This document shows positions 10,336 to 21,234 of a DNA stretch of 64,000 bases, one piece after another. The DNA lies in the IMG/VR virus record IMGVR_UViG_3300022928_000019, positions 1 to 64,000 of that record; one strand, written 5' to 3'. The first letter of the stretch is position 1. Each line of letters starts with the position of its first letter. Under the pieces are notes generated by a model. The model searched no databases. It saw only the letters and a list, made by a program, of their open reading frames with translations, and was not told the DNA's origin. The stretch comes from a virus. A program made the translations under genes and the position numbers.

Positions 10336-13300
10336 ATGGCAAGCAGCATTATCGCTAAATATCGGGAGCATTTAGCCTCTCAAGGAAAAGACTCAACTCA
10401 AACTACCGATAAGGATCTAGCATTGGAGTTATACTCTGCACTCACTGAGCAGAAGAAGGACTTCGAGAAGTTTGCCGAGAACAGAGGTGACCCTGAGTTT
10501 GCACAACTTGTAAGAGATGCCTACGAAGAGAATAAAACCTTTAAGGGCAGTGCAGTTGATTCCATACCGGCAGAGTATTACAATCGTAAGACAGGTCTGC
10601 AGAGAGGTCTATCGGTGGGTGCAGGTGCAGTTGGGATGGACGATACTGCTAGGGACTTGATGCGAGACGCTAATCGAAACGAACGCAAAGCTAACAAGTA
10701 TCAGAAGAATATATTTAATGACATACAGATGATCGATGATCCCATCGATGGTCTTAAGTATGTGACTCAAGCTATAACAAGCACTGCAGTAAGTGTCGTA
10801 CCCGACATGGCTTTATCTCTGATTACAAGAGGAGCAGGAGGCAAGATTCAAAAGAGCCTAGAGAAAGGCGGGAAACTCAAGGATGTTCGCAAGAAACTTG
10901 AGAAGACCATGGGAGAAGGCTATGGCAAGAACATAGGTACAGTAGCAGGTGCATTTGGAACTTCTGCAGTCGAGAACACAGGTCATGTCTACGGAGACTT
11001 GTATGAGTATACCAAGCTAGATCCTAGCGATGAGAAGTATCTGTCTCCTAGTGAAGCTCGAGCATTATCAATGGTAGGTGGTGGTGCTTCTGCTACACTA
11101 GATTCCGTTCTGCCTGTATGGTTGGTGGGTAAGTTGTCTAAGAGCATTGGGGCAGATGCTGCTCAGAAGGAAGTCACCAAGATGTTTAATGGCATGCCCG
11201 AGGGTATGGTTCTATTGGCAAAGGGTACTGCTGGGGAGGGCGTGACCGAGGGTCTTCAAGAAGTTGTACAGATGCTCACAGTCAAGTATCATACTGACGA
11301 GGAGTGGTCTCCGCAGGATTGGAACAGATTGATAAATGCATCTGTCATGGGTGCAATTGGAGGTGGTGCAGTAACAGGTGGTACGGCTGCTATAGGAAGA
11401 ATGCTTGAGGCTCCTGAGACTAGACCATGGGATCCTAAGCTTGAGGAGGTGGACACAAAGAAAGAGCGTGAGGAGATAAGGAATCGCAATGCTCTAAGGA
11501 GATATGCAGACCTTGAGGTCGGTACAATTGTTAGCCCTGCAGGATCCGACAAGCTTGCCCGAGTGGTATCAAAGAATGAGGAGGATTCAACAGTAGTAGT
11601 AGAGTTCAGAGACGGACTCACTCAGCGCATGGATCCAACAAAGCTTAATGTAAAGCAGGATAAGAAAAGGGTAATTAAAGAAGAAGACCTGGAGAGCTTT
11701 TCAGATCAGAAGCTAGAGGAATTAAAAATATACTCACCGAAACTAACCTCAGCTATTGAGAAGGAGCAGGAAAGAAGAAACGTTGAGGTAGAGAAAGATA
11801 ACACACTAAAAAGATTAGACACTGCCATAGAGGTATCTGAAAAGGGCAACCAAATCATAGCTGTAGATAGCTCGAGCAAAGAGCGTATACACTCAGCAAC
11901 ATTTACCGAGGAGGATGGCTTACTTGTACTAGATAACGAGTCTAAGGATAGCGAGAACGATCAAAGGGGAGACCAGGCAAGAGAACTTATACATAAGCAA
12001 TTAAAAGCCAAAGCCAAGAAACTTGGTATGCCCTACAAGATTGGGGACGTTATCGAGTATCCACTAAGCGCTAGTGAGATTAATCAGATCGACTCAAAAG
12101 CTGATTTGCTTGTCGAGTATGGCAGACTTAGGGCTAGATACAATCTACTTGGCAGGAGGGAACCTGAGACTGAAGAGCGTTTAATCGCTCGAATGCAAGA
12201 ACTAGGCATGATTAGCCTAGACCGAAACAACAGGCCAATCCTTGGGGAGGTAGAACTAAAGAAGGGTAGTAATAGTAGGTTACTAACTACAAATCCTGAA
12301 GTTGCGAGCGTACTGTCGGGTTCAATATTTACCGACTTGGAGGCAAATCTTGTTGGCTATGAAGATACACTTAATGCCTCACAGATAAACGATAAGTTTA
12401 TTCTTAAGGAAGCAAAAGCAATGCTAGGAGATATGGCTGAGACCATTGATGGCCTTAATCATTCTGATGTTGCTAGGATTGCAGAAGGAGCGACCGAGTT
12501 ATTTAAGAAGCACTACCTCGATGAAGATGGTGGGTGGAAGGCCGGTAAGACAAGAAAGGACATCGAAGACGAAGAGGCAGAGAGGCAAGAGATTGCCTTG
12601 ATGCGTAAACAAGAGTCAAAAGATAGATTCGATTTAATCAAACCGCAAGTTGGTAACTTTGTACAAATTGCAAAGGGACAAGCTCCTCAAAAGATTACAA
12701 GTGTAGATGAGGAGAATTTTACTGTTAGAACCACAGAGGGTGGGGATAATGACATATCAGCTAGATCCATAATTAGGCAGGCCGAAGAAAGACCACTTGA
12801 GAGAAATGGTGAGTTTGTTACTGAGCTTAATAGCGGAAAGGTAAGAAAGAAGGTCGTAGTAACAGGCAGTGATACAAATGGGGAGTATCGAGGAAGGAAG
12901 TCACTAACTGTAACTTTTGAGAAGAATGGGGATATCATATCGGTTACCGATTCCGAGAATAATTACTACTCCGATGCCAAGGGACTGTCGGTTGATGATG
13001 ATGAGTTTCAATCTACCTTAGCAAGTATTACGCTCACTAAGGTTGAGCAGAAGGATCCACCAACCCCTAAACCACAGAAGGTTGCTGATAATATTTTTAG
13101 GATCGGTAACACAATCGAGGGTTCAGTGCTTCAAGTTAATGGATCCAAAAAGATTGGTAAGCATGAGTTAGTCCCAGTACTCACGGATAATACAGGTCGG
13201 GTCTCGGGCATCAAGGTTGGTGATGAAGAACTGACATTCGATGATCCTGTTCCTGCAAGTGAGTGGGTTGAGACTGCTAGGACTAAGCTTAAGGCAGAGG

Positions 13301-16300
13301 GCATGTATGGAAGACAGACCTTGAAGCCCACTCGTGTATTCAGGAAGCCAAAGAATGAGCTATTGTTTAGGAGCAGAAATGACTCCATCATAACTCCTCC
13401 AATAAATATCAAAACAGTTGAGGTGGATGAAGAGGATCCTGCGAAAGGGTTCGATGAGCTTTTAGCTGATGTAGATAAAAGCAAACTTAGTGAGAGCAAA
13501 AGCACTAAGACATTGATAGCCCTAAGGTACTTCTACCCAGGGTCTGATCAGCCAGCTATTCTTTTGAGAAGAGTAGCATCCTCTAAGGGGGATGTTGTCA
13601 TTAGGGATATGAAGCGTAAGGGCGGTAAGACTTTAGACCCCCTTACAGATACATCTAGTTATTCCATTAAGATGAATAGCGATCAATATTATGATGCGCT
13701 AGAGGGTGACGAGAGAATTGAGCCAGTAGCATTATTAGAAGTAACAGAAGAGGTTAATGTAAATACCGACTTTGATACGGAGCAGGAATTTAACTTAGCA
13801 CTAGATCCATTCTTGGATAAGTCTAAAGTAAGGCTAGACCCAATGGGTATATTGGAGGGCATCGATACTTCTATCGAGCAGACGGATGACCCCGAGGTAG
13901 AGGAAAGACTTAGACTCCAAAGGAATAGGATAGAGACCATGGTTCAGGATGAAGATGGTCAATTCAATCCACTGCTAGAAATCTTTGGGTTTGTTCCTGA
14001 TAATACAATTTCCTCATTCAAGGAAGAGATCGAAAAGAGGCTTCCGGCAATTAAGGATAAGCAATTAAAAGCAAAAGGTAGGAAGATACTTAAATCCGAT
14101 CAACTTAGGATACTTGATGTTACTGAGTTCTTGGGTGGTATTGCTGAAAAGAAAGGTTCTTGGCGAGTAGGAATAAGAGCCTTGGGTGATAATGGTGAAG
14201 AGTATCAGTCTTTAGATAAGGTTATTACCACAGCTCTAAATGAATTCTCAAAGAGAGGGTACAAGCCCCGAGCGGAAAAGGGTACAGGCACGGATGCAAT
14301 GTCTCGGGCAGTAACCTCACTGCTAGATGATGAGAGAGTTAGTGATCAGACTGGAGATAAAGGATTTAGTGACTCGGGTGACATCCAGGATGAAAATGAT
14401 ATTGAGGGCAGTCAGCTACAAGATTCTATAGAACAGTCAGAGGCAGATGAGGTCACCTTAAATGATGGCTTGGACTCATACATGGGAGATGGTGGCGATG
14501 AGCAACCCATGGTTATCAGTGATGTGGAAGAGCCTATCGATCAGATTTACGTGGAAATGGCAGAGAATGCCATCGCTAATCCGAAGGTCAGGCCTGAGGA
14601 TAAGGAGCAGATAAAGTTTTCACTTTCGGTGTACAAGAACTCTAATCCTACTGAAAGAGAATCTAAGAGAGAAGAGCTTGTTATGCTCCTAGTTGAGGCA
14701 ATTAATATGGCTAATTCTGAGTCTGTTGGTGAGATTGCAAGTACCCCTGATGTAATAGAGAGGGAGATAGCATCTTCAATAGAGAAGCCTACATCGCCTC
14801 CGCCACTAGCCCAAGAGTTGATCGAGGAGAACTCAGTCTCACTTCAGAAGTTTTTTGGTGGTGCAGTCATGGATGGCGAGCCGATACGGCTAGAGGCATA
14901 TATCAATCGAATGCTCAATACCATAGTGGGTGAGGGTTCTGTTGATTCAGATATCTTAGACATGGCTCAGCAGTTAATGTCCCATCCTTATGCCAAAGAC
15001 CTTAATGTAAAGTTTGAGTCTTGGGACAACTTCAAGAAAGGTGTCAGTTCGGACGGTAGGAATGGTAAGATCACGAGGGCATATCTGCGTGGCAACACTA
15101 TTGTTATGGGGCCATTCTATAAGCTTAAGCTAGATAGTGACTTAACTGCTGATGACCATATAAGGGTCACCTTGCTCGAGGAGATTGCCCACAGTGTTTT
15201 AGACAAGGCAGTAAATGTTGCTGTTCTCACCAATAGGCTAGGAGAGTTGCCTGCTGATGTCAGGGGAGTCATATCCAAGGAGAAGGCAGACAAGCTATAT
15301 AGAGAGACTGAAGAAATCATGTCTTGGCTCAGAACCCAAACGGATGGCAGGTACTACCAAGGGCTACTGAATAAAAAAGAGTTTTGGGCAAACTTTGCAA
15401 CTAATCCTGACTTCAGGAAATTCTTAAATCGCCCGATGCCACCTCAGTTAAGGCGTAAGTTTCAGTCTAGATTCGAGAGAGTAATAGACTGGCTCTTAGA
15501 TTTAGCTAGCAAGATTTTCGATGCCGACTTCACTAGACAAGCTTCTACCTTAGATGTTATCAGAAAAAGATACCGTACGGTATTGCGTACGGCTGATAAG
15601 TTAGCAGCAGCTGATGTTGACATATACGCTACAATGAACAGCGAGAGCAGGGGGAACATCAACTCTGACCTCGGAATAAATTACAATATACAAGATGGAA
15701 AAACCCAAGATAAAACCTTTTCGTCCCTCCCGAAAATTATTGCCACCACGGAAAACCTCAGCGGAAGAGATGGCAAAGATTCCTTCTACCGTGCCGCTGT
15801 CGATAGCGGATACGAAATCACTAGACAAAATCTTAGGAAAAAGCTCGAAGGACTCCCACAAAAAATAGGCACCGAGCATGGTGCGTACTTTGATCACGAT
15901 GCAGGTCGTGCAATCAAGGTAACTAGGATTCCTGAAAGCATGATGTCCTTCGGGCATTTTTACGATGTCGGGAGATACATTAGGGATAAGCACAATATGA
16001 ATCTCCTCTTTGGGGATGATATTCAATTTGTTGGTGTTAGCCCTAGGGAAGACGGAGATTATGCGATCATCACATCACAACCTTTAATACTAGGAAGGGA
16101 AGCTACATCTGATGAGATCATAGCAGATTTAGAGGGCAGGGGGTACAAGATAACAATGACCCCAAATTGGGAGGACAATGGGGCTACCCAGGAGATCAGT
16201 GCTATTTCCGAAGATGGAACAATTGAACTATCTGATATTGCTCCCAAGAATGTTTTAGTCGATAACGAAACTGGCGAGCTTGCTTACATAGATGTTCATG

Positions 16301-19300
16301 TTGAAGCTCCTAACGATTTAGCATCGAGGGTTGAGTCAGCAGATACGTTCGATCCTGAAGAGGCAAGTGTAGCCCAAGGTACGATCCGCGCGCATATGAC
16401 CGCACTAATGGATCTCGGTAATGTAATTTCTTCTGCTCTAACTGAGGTGGGGGAAGAGTCCTCAATGTCGGTTGAGAAAATTAAGGAATATCAGGTCGTA
16501 AAAGACGGAAGCACACCCGAGGTTATTGCTAAGGTGCTTGCGGATAAGGCAGCCTCGGTTGATGAAGTTCTAGCTCAATATAGACAAGCTCTTCCTGAGC
16601 AGTCTCAGGCTACTGCAGGCTTAGATAATATCAACAATCTTGAGTCCATAGCAAATAGAGATACTGCTGCGAGAAACCTAATGAAGTTGCTAGTAGGCAC
16701 TAGGGAGAGTGCCTCTGATCTACTAGGTTCCTCACTTAAGAATTATGAGAAATTGAACTCTAAGTTAGAGAGTTCATCAGATGCAATAGCTAGGCTTACA
16801 TCCCCTAAGACAATGTTTGATGCAAGTAAAACTCAACGCCAGTTAGCCAAGGCAATGAGGGATTCACTTTATAAGCAGAATGACTCGGGTGAAGGTTCGA
16901 AGGTTAATTCATTTGAGGCTGCATTAATAGCTGAAGGCAAAGATATAAATCTCACGGACTTTAGGAAACTGAGGGGAATGGAGATCGATGAGGGCAAGCT
17001 ATTTTCCCTGTTAGAGAAGCTGTCAGTCGGTTTTAAGGGGGTAAGGTTCATCGAGCAATTAACAGCCGAGGAAATCTTTGATGCACTTACCCCCATGAGT
17101 AATGCTCATTCTCTCGTCACTAATTCAGATCCAGATACAGAGCTAGACCAAGCAGTAAAAATTGGCATTGCCCTAATCCTTGGAAGGGATCAGAGGAACT
17201 CAGTTCCCCGCAGTGCATTTACAACAAGACTAAGGTTAGCTAAAGGAGAAGTCAGTCATGAGATAGCAGATGCAGTTAGGCTTATCAAGGATGCTGCAAA
17301 TGGTAGACCTGTCAGGGATATCAAGGATAGATCCATGAGGTCTATTATTGAAAATGTTAAAAGCATCAAGGCTGACATTGATGAATATAAAGCTGACCTT
17401 GAGAAAGTTAAGGAGGAGATACGAGTAGGAGAGATACACTTAAAGGTATACGATGAAAGAATAGCTGACCTTGACGAGTATTTTGAAACCTCTGCCCCAG
17501 TAGAACTTAGAGAAGGTGGGCAATACTCTATGCTCGAGATTGATGCCGATGGAAAACTTCAAGAAACATTATTTACATTCCGACTAGGAAATGGGGAGAG
17601 TTCCGAAGAGGCAAAATATACTGCAGCCAAGGCATCTGAACTTAACAAGATAATGCAGACGGAGTCTTACAAACAAAAGTATGGGGGGACTCCAATGGAT
17701 AGGTATTTCAAGCAACTTGTTACTGAGCTAAGAAAGCCTAATTTTGGTATTCAGTATCATACTGCTCACGTAGGGTTTCTCCATGCAATGGCTCAGTCCC
17801 TACAGGAAAGGCTGTCAAATCTTGGCCCTGCAGGAAAGCTAGCAGCCTCACTTCTAAATACATACAATAGAGACTATAATGCCGAGGTAGGAGCAATATC
17901 CTCACAAGGTAAGAAAGTATCTAAGGCAATCAAGAGGCTTCATGGGGAGATGGCAAGGGAGTCGGGCGAGAATTTAAATCAGTTCATAAAAGGTTTTGGC
18001 TCCAAGATGTTCGACTGGTTCAACGAAAGACCTGACCTACAAGGACAAGAGGAGCAAGCGATCAATAAGGTTTGGTCTGACTTAAAGAAGGAAGATCCAA
18101 CAAGGCAGTACACTGAGGAAGGTAAGCGAGCCTTGAGGGCTTACCTAAAGCAATGGGGTATACAGAACGATAACTTCAGGAGACTCTATAAGAAGTACGA
18201 CATAAAGGTTGAGGACGAGAATGTACCTCGTGGTGAACTAGCCCTAGGTGTAGATTCTCCTAACCTATTCAGAGACTTCGTTGAGCAGGGTGTTTTCACA
18301 ACCCCACGTAAACTTAATCGCACAAAAATATTTCGAGTCGTATCACTTCTAGATAGTAAGTTCGCAGAGAAGGATTACGTAGATGAGGAAAGTGATGGTA
18401 ATTTCTTCGGGAAAGCTCTTGCAAGCATGCAAGAGGCTAGGGCTTCAGGAGTAGACATGGAGGAAAGCTTTCAACAGATCTTCGGTAAGTCAGTCAGCCC
18501 TGAGTTGTCTAGTCTGTTCTTCAGTCCGATTTTCAATGGTAAGTCTGCACACAATATCCCATTTGTATTACAATCGCAGGACAACGAGGGCCGGAAGAGC
18601 AAGCGCATATTACTTCCCGAAGAACTCCAAAGAGCATGGAGAAATGCAGATGGAAACAATGAGGGTATACGAGTTGCAAATGCGATCCTTTCTTTATCCA
18701 AGATCATTCCTGGTTCTAATGAGGACACCCTATTTAATCTTGTTGGTCAGATGAAACATAGGGCAAGTGCCTTGATAAAAGTTGAAAGAGAATCTAGGCA
18801 GGAGGATACAGCAATCGATAATAATGCTGACCTAATGAGGATGCTTAAGGGTTCTGACTTTCATCATTCGATTCATGGTCGAGCATTGTACAATGTTTTG
18901 CCTGGTGAGTTCTTTGAGTACGAGATGTATGATGAGACATCTTCCTCTCAGCACTTATCAAAAATAATGATGACTGCTCACTTTGGTCGCAAGGGTGAGA
19001 AGCTTGCCGACAACTTCAAGGCAATCAAGGAGCAGTATGTGGCATCGAAGGATGCGTATGCAGATTATGCACAGGCAGCAGGCGTATCACTTAGGGGAGG
19101 AAGACCTCCATCTAGGAATATTTTCGGGTATGCTATTAAGGTTAGGAAAATAAAAGCCGAGATGGCAAACAGAGGTAAGGATCCGAATACATACTCAGAC
19201 CTAGAGACTAAAGCTAAAGCTTTTTATGAGGCTGAAAACTCTATAGCTGCAACGAGTGCTGCATTCACATCAAGGAGTTCCAACAATGCAGATCTTTCTA

Positions 19301-21234
19301 TGGGGCTTGATGCACTTAGGGCATTAGCATTCGGATTGGTTAACACCATGAAGGGTGCATGGACATCTATTATGTCTATGCCTGATATCGTAAAGAAGAT
19401 GGGTCTTAATCCTACTGCATTTAGGACTCTTGGGGGAGCAGTTAAGAACTTACCTCAAGAGATAGCAGGGTCATTCTTGGAGTCATTTGGGATAGAGATG
19501 ATTAGACCTGATAAGTACAACGAAGAACTTCGTGATATGTATGGACGCGAGCAAGGCATGCTAGGGTTCGATGAGTTTACTACCGAGATAGGTAAGGAAG
19601 GTTCACTTGGGGCAGGGCAAGGGACTTTTAGGAAAATCGTTAATGTAGTACAGGGTCTCTCTCAAGCAGGTGGAAGTATGAGATCCAAGACTAGCGTTAA
19701 CTTTATTCCAGGATCTGTACTAACGCCATTCACTGCCCCATTTAGTTATCTTGCTCAGGCAGTTAATAAATCCATTTCCTTATCCATGGCAGAGACAATA
19801 GAAAGGTTTGTCCTTAGGGCTGTTGAGGCAATGGAAACCAAGGGCATAACGATAGACAATAATACCTTTGAGGTATCTGCCAAAGACCTTGGATACGAAG
19901 ATTCCAAGCTAGACTCCTGGGTCTTCGGTAGTGTGGACATGGTGGAGAAGCTGAACCAAAGACTGACTGCTGAGGGTATGTCATTTGCTCAGCTTGCACA
20001 AGACTACAGGAGAAGAAAGGAACTAGATCCTAATGCTAAGGTTCTGAGTGTAGATGCAGTTAGGGCTTCCCAGAATATTGCTATGTCTGAGGTGACCTAT
20101 GATACTATGGCCGGTAAGCCATCGGCAGCACTATCGGGAGTTGGTCAATTTTTCTCTCCTCTCCTTAGCTGGTCGGCATCTTCCTATAGTAAGGGTCTTG
20201 ATCAGATGAGAAACAAGGAGGGTCGTCTTGCTATGAGGGAGAGTGTTAGGTATATGCTCACTGCCTCGGCATGGCTCATGCCTGTTGGTATTGCCTTCAC
20301 TATGTTTATGGATTGGTGGGATGAGGAAGTACTTGGTAAGCCGTCATCTCTTAGAAAGGTTCCACCAATAGCTATGGTTCCTGGAATAGGTACATTTATG
20401 GCAATGACTGACCCAAGGTATGATGTTGCTGCTATGCTGGAAAGGGCAGCTCGAGCAAATAATATACTTGGTCTCGGGCAAGAGTTTATAACTCCTATGT
20501 TAGTCGGGCAACTTGACCCATCTTCCTTGGGTGCAAAGTTCGATCCTACCCGAAGAGTGCTTGGTATCTCAACTGTTATGAATGCCTACGCTGTGGCAAC
20601 TAACTACTTCAACGCTATAAGGACAGGAGGAAAAGAAGAAATAGTACCAGACTATGCTACAGTTGTCAGACCATTAATGTATCTAATGGGACTCAATGCA
20701 GTAATACAAAATACCCAAGCAGCAACAAACTTAACAAGCATAGAGGATATAGAGCCAACAGGCTTCATGACCAACGAAAGGCAAGTAGCTGACATCACAG
20801 GAATGAGGAACTCATTTAGGGTATTCGCAAAAGCCATAGGCATGGAGATGAGAAGAGGAGGAATAATGCAATTCTCGGCTACTGCCATGGGAAATGCTCT
20901 CAAGAGAATGGAAAGGGCAGCCTATGCAAACGATAGGCAAGCATTTAAAGATGCCTATAGGAGGGCTATCGAGCTATCTCAATCTGATGATAAACGAAAG
21001 GATGTATCCGATAAATTCAAGAAAAGACATATTCGCAATGGTGTCACTAGGTACTCAATGAGTGATGCAGACATACAAGCTATACTATCCGTGATGGATC
21101 CTGACCAAAGGTCAAAAATCCTCACTGCAATGAGGAATCACGATTTTTATCTTAAAGCTATTGGAGGCACACCATCCAAGCCAAGAAAGGATGTAGGTCA
21201 GTATAAAGAGGCGCTTAGAAAGCTTGCGTTATGA
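10336..21234 (+). CDS. Giant polyvalent internal virion protein (3632 aa) with a degenerate metallopeptidase-like domain and a Ser/Thr/Tyr kinase-like domain
   Basis: EGVTEGLQE ejection-protein-like N-terminal region; TLLEEIAH...KEFWANFATNPDF (about 15170-15430); GTEH..AIKVT..LLFGD..TSQP..SDIAPKNV..YID (about 15865-16295). Confidence 0.85.
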   Translation: MASSIIAKYREHLASQGKDSTQTTDKDLALELYSALTEQKKDFEKFAENRGDPEFAQLVRDAYEENKTFKGSAVDSIPAEYYNRKTGLQRGLSVGAGAVGMDDTARDLMRDANRNERKANKYQKNIFNDIQMIDDPIDGLKYVTQAITSTAVSVVPDMALSLITRGAGGKIQKSLEKGGKLKDVRKKLEKTMGEGYGKNIGTVAGAFGTSAVENTGHVYGDLYEYTKLDPSDEKYLSPSEARALSMVGGGASATLDSVLPVWLVGKLSKSIGADAAQKEVTKMFNGMPEGMVLLAKGTAGEGVTEGLQEVVQMLTVKYHTDEEWSPQDWNRLINASVMGAIGGGAVTGGTAAIGRMLEAPETRPWDPKLEEVDTKKEREEIRNRNALRRYADLEVGTIVSPAGSDKLARVVSKNEEDSTVVVEFRDGLTQRMDPTKLNVKQDKKRVIKEEDLESFSDQKLEELKIYSPKLTSAIEKEQERRNVEVEKDNTLKRLDTAIEVSEKGNQIIAVDSSSKERIHSATFTEEDGLLVLDNESKDSENDQRGDQARELIHKQLKAKAKKLGMPYKIGDVIEYPLSASEINQIDSKADLLVEYGRLRARYNLLGRREPETEERLIARMQELGMISLDRNNRPILGEVELKKGSNSRLLTTNPEVASVLSGSIFTDLEANLVGYEDTLNASQINDKFILKEAKAMLGDMAETIDGLNHSDVARIAEGATELFKKHYLDEDGGWKAGKTRKDIEDEEAERQEIALMRKQESKDRFDLIKPQVGNFVQIAKGQAPQKITSVDEENFTVRTTEGGDNDISARSIIRQAEERPLERNGEFVTELNSGKVRKKVVVTGSDTNGEYRGRKSLTVTFEKNGDIISVTDSENNYYSDAKGLSVDDDEFQSTLASITLTKVEQKDPPTPKPQKVADNIFRIGNTIEGSVLQVNGSKKIGKHELVPVLTDNTGRVSGIKVGDEELTFDDPVPASEWVETARTKLKAEGMYGRQTLKPTRVFRKPKNELLFRSRNDSIITPPINIKTVEVDEEDPAKGFDELLADVDKSKLSESKSTKTLIALRYFYPGSDQPAILLRRVASSKGDVVIRDMKRKGGKTLDPLTDTSSYSIKMNSDQYYDALEGDERIEPVALLEVTEEVNVNTDFDTEQEFNLALDPFLDKSKVRLDPMGILEGIDTSIEQTDDPEVEERLRLQRNRIETMVQDEDGQFNPLLEIFGFVPDNTISSFKEEIEKRLPAIKDKQLKAKGRKILKSDQLRILDVTEFLGGIAEKKGSWRVGIRALGDNGEEYQSLDKVITTALNEFSKRGYKPRAEKGTGTDAMSRAVTSLLDDERVSDQTGDKGFSDSGDIQDENDIEGSQLQDSIEQSEADEVTLNDGLDSYMGDGGDEQPMVISDVEEPIDQIYVEMAENAIANPKVRPEDKEQIKFSLSVYKNSNPTERESKREELVMLLVEAINMANSESVGEIASTPDVIEREIASSIEKPTSPPPLAQELIEENSVSLQKFFGGAVMDGEPIRLEAYINRMLNTIVGEGSVDSDILDMAQQLMSHPYAKDLNVKFESWDNFKKGVSSDGRNGKITRAYLRGNTIVMGPFYKLKLDSDLTADDHIRVTLLEEIAHSVLDKAVNVAVLTNRLGELPADVRGVISKEKADKLYRETEEIMSWLRTQTDGRYYQGLLNKKEFWANFATNPDFRKFLNRPMPPQLRRKFQSRFERVIDWLLDLASKIFDADFTRQASTLDVIRKRYRTVLRTADKLAAADVDIYATMNSESRGNINSDLGINYNIQDGKTQDKTFSSLPKIIATTENLSGRDGKDSFYRAAVDSGYEITRQNLRKKLEGLPQKIGTEHGAYFDHDAGRAIKVTRIPESMMSFGHFYDVGRYIRDKHNMNLLFGDDIQFVGVSPREDGDYAIITSQPLILGREATSDEIIADLEGRGYKITMTPNWEDNGATQEISAISEDGTIELSDIAPKNVLVDNETGELAYIDVHVEAPNDLASRVESADTFDPEEASVAQGTIRAHMTALMDLGNVISSALTEVGEESSMSVEKIKEYQVVKDGSTPEVIAKVLADKAASVDEVLAQYRQALPEQSQATAGLDNINNLESIANRDTAARNLMKLLVGTRESASDLLGSSLKNYEKLNSKLESSSDAIARLTSPKTMFDASKTQRQLAKAMRDSLYKQNDSGEGSKVNSFEAALIAEGKDINLTDFRKLRGMEIDEGKLFSLLEKLSVGFKGVRFIEQLTAEEIFDALTPMSNAHSLVTNSDPDTELDQAVKIGIALILGRDQRNSVPRSAFTTRLRLAKGEVSHEIADAVRLIKDAANGRPVRDIKDRSMRSIIENVKSIKADIDEYKADLEKVKEEIRVGEIHLKVYDERIADLDEYFETSAPVELREGGQYSMLEIDADGKLQETLFTFRLGNGESSEEAKYTAAKASELNKIMQTESYKQKYGGTPMDRYFKQLVTELRKPNFGIQYHTAHVGFLHAMAQSLQERLSNLGPAGKLAASLLNTYNRDYNAEVGAISSQGKKVSKAIKRLHGEMARESGENLNQFIKGFGSKMFDWFNERPDLQGQEEQAINKVWSDLKKEDPTRQYTEEGKRALRAYLKQWGIQNDNFRRLYKKYDIKVEDENVPRGELALGVDSPNLFRDFVEQGVFTTPRKLNRTKIFRVVSLLDSKFAEKDYVDEESDGNFFGKALASMQEARASGVDMEESFQQIFGKSVSPELSSLFFSPIFNGKSAHNIPFVLQSQDNEGRKSKRILLPEELQRAWRNADGNNEGIRVANAILSLSKIIPGSNEDTLFNLVGQMKHRASALIKVERESRQEDTAIDNNADLMRMLKGSDFHHSIHGRALYNVLPGEFFEYEMYDETSSSQHLSKIMMTAHFGRKGEKLADNFKAIKEQYVASKDAYADYAQAAGVSLRGGRPPSRNIFGYAIKVRKIKAEMANRGKDPNTYSDLETKAKAFYEAENSIAATSAAFTSRSSNNADLSMGLDALRALAFGLVNTMKGAWTSIMSMPDIVKKMGLNPTAFRTLGGAVKNLPQEIAGSFLESFGIEMIRPDKYNEELRDMYGREQGMLGFDEFTTEIGKEGSLGAGQGTFRKIVNVVQGLSQAGGSMRSKTSVNFIPGSVLTPFTAPFSYLAQAVNKSISLSMAETIERFVLRAVEAMETKGITIDNNTFEVSAKDLGYEDSKLDSWVFGSVDMVEKLNQRLTAEGMSFAQLAQDYRRRKELDPNAKVLSVDAVRASQNIAMSEVTYDTMAGKPSAALSGVGQFFSPLLSWSASSYSKGLDQMRNKEGRLAMRESVRYMLTASAWLMPVGIAFTMFMDWWDEEVLGKPSSLRKVPPIAMVPGIGTFMAMTDPRYDVAAMLERAARANNILGLGQEFITPMLVGQLDPSSLGAKFDPTRRVLGISTVMNAYAVATNYFNAIRTGGKEEIVPDYATVVRPLMYLMGLNAVIQNTQAATNLTSIEDIEPTGFMTNERQVADITGMRNSFRVFAKAIGMEMRRGGIMQFSATAMGNALKRMERAAYANDRQAFKDAYRRAIELSQSDDKRKDVSDKFKKRHIRNGVTRYSMSDADIQAILSVMDPDQRSKILTAMRNHDFYLKAIGGTPSKPRKDVGQYKEALRKLAL
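15695..15868 (+). CDS. Candidate nested +1-frame ORF (57 aa) just upstream of the kinase domain
   Basis: Hand translation MEKPKIKPFRPSRK...DSHKK*; TACAAT at 15682-15687 lies 7 nt before the ATG. Confidence 0.35.
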   Translation: MEKPKIKPFRPSRKLLPPRKTSAEEMAKIPSTVPLSIADTKSLDKILGKSSKDSHKK

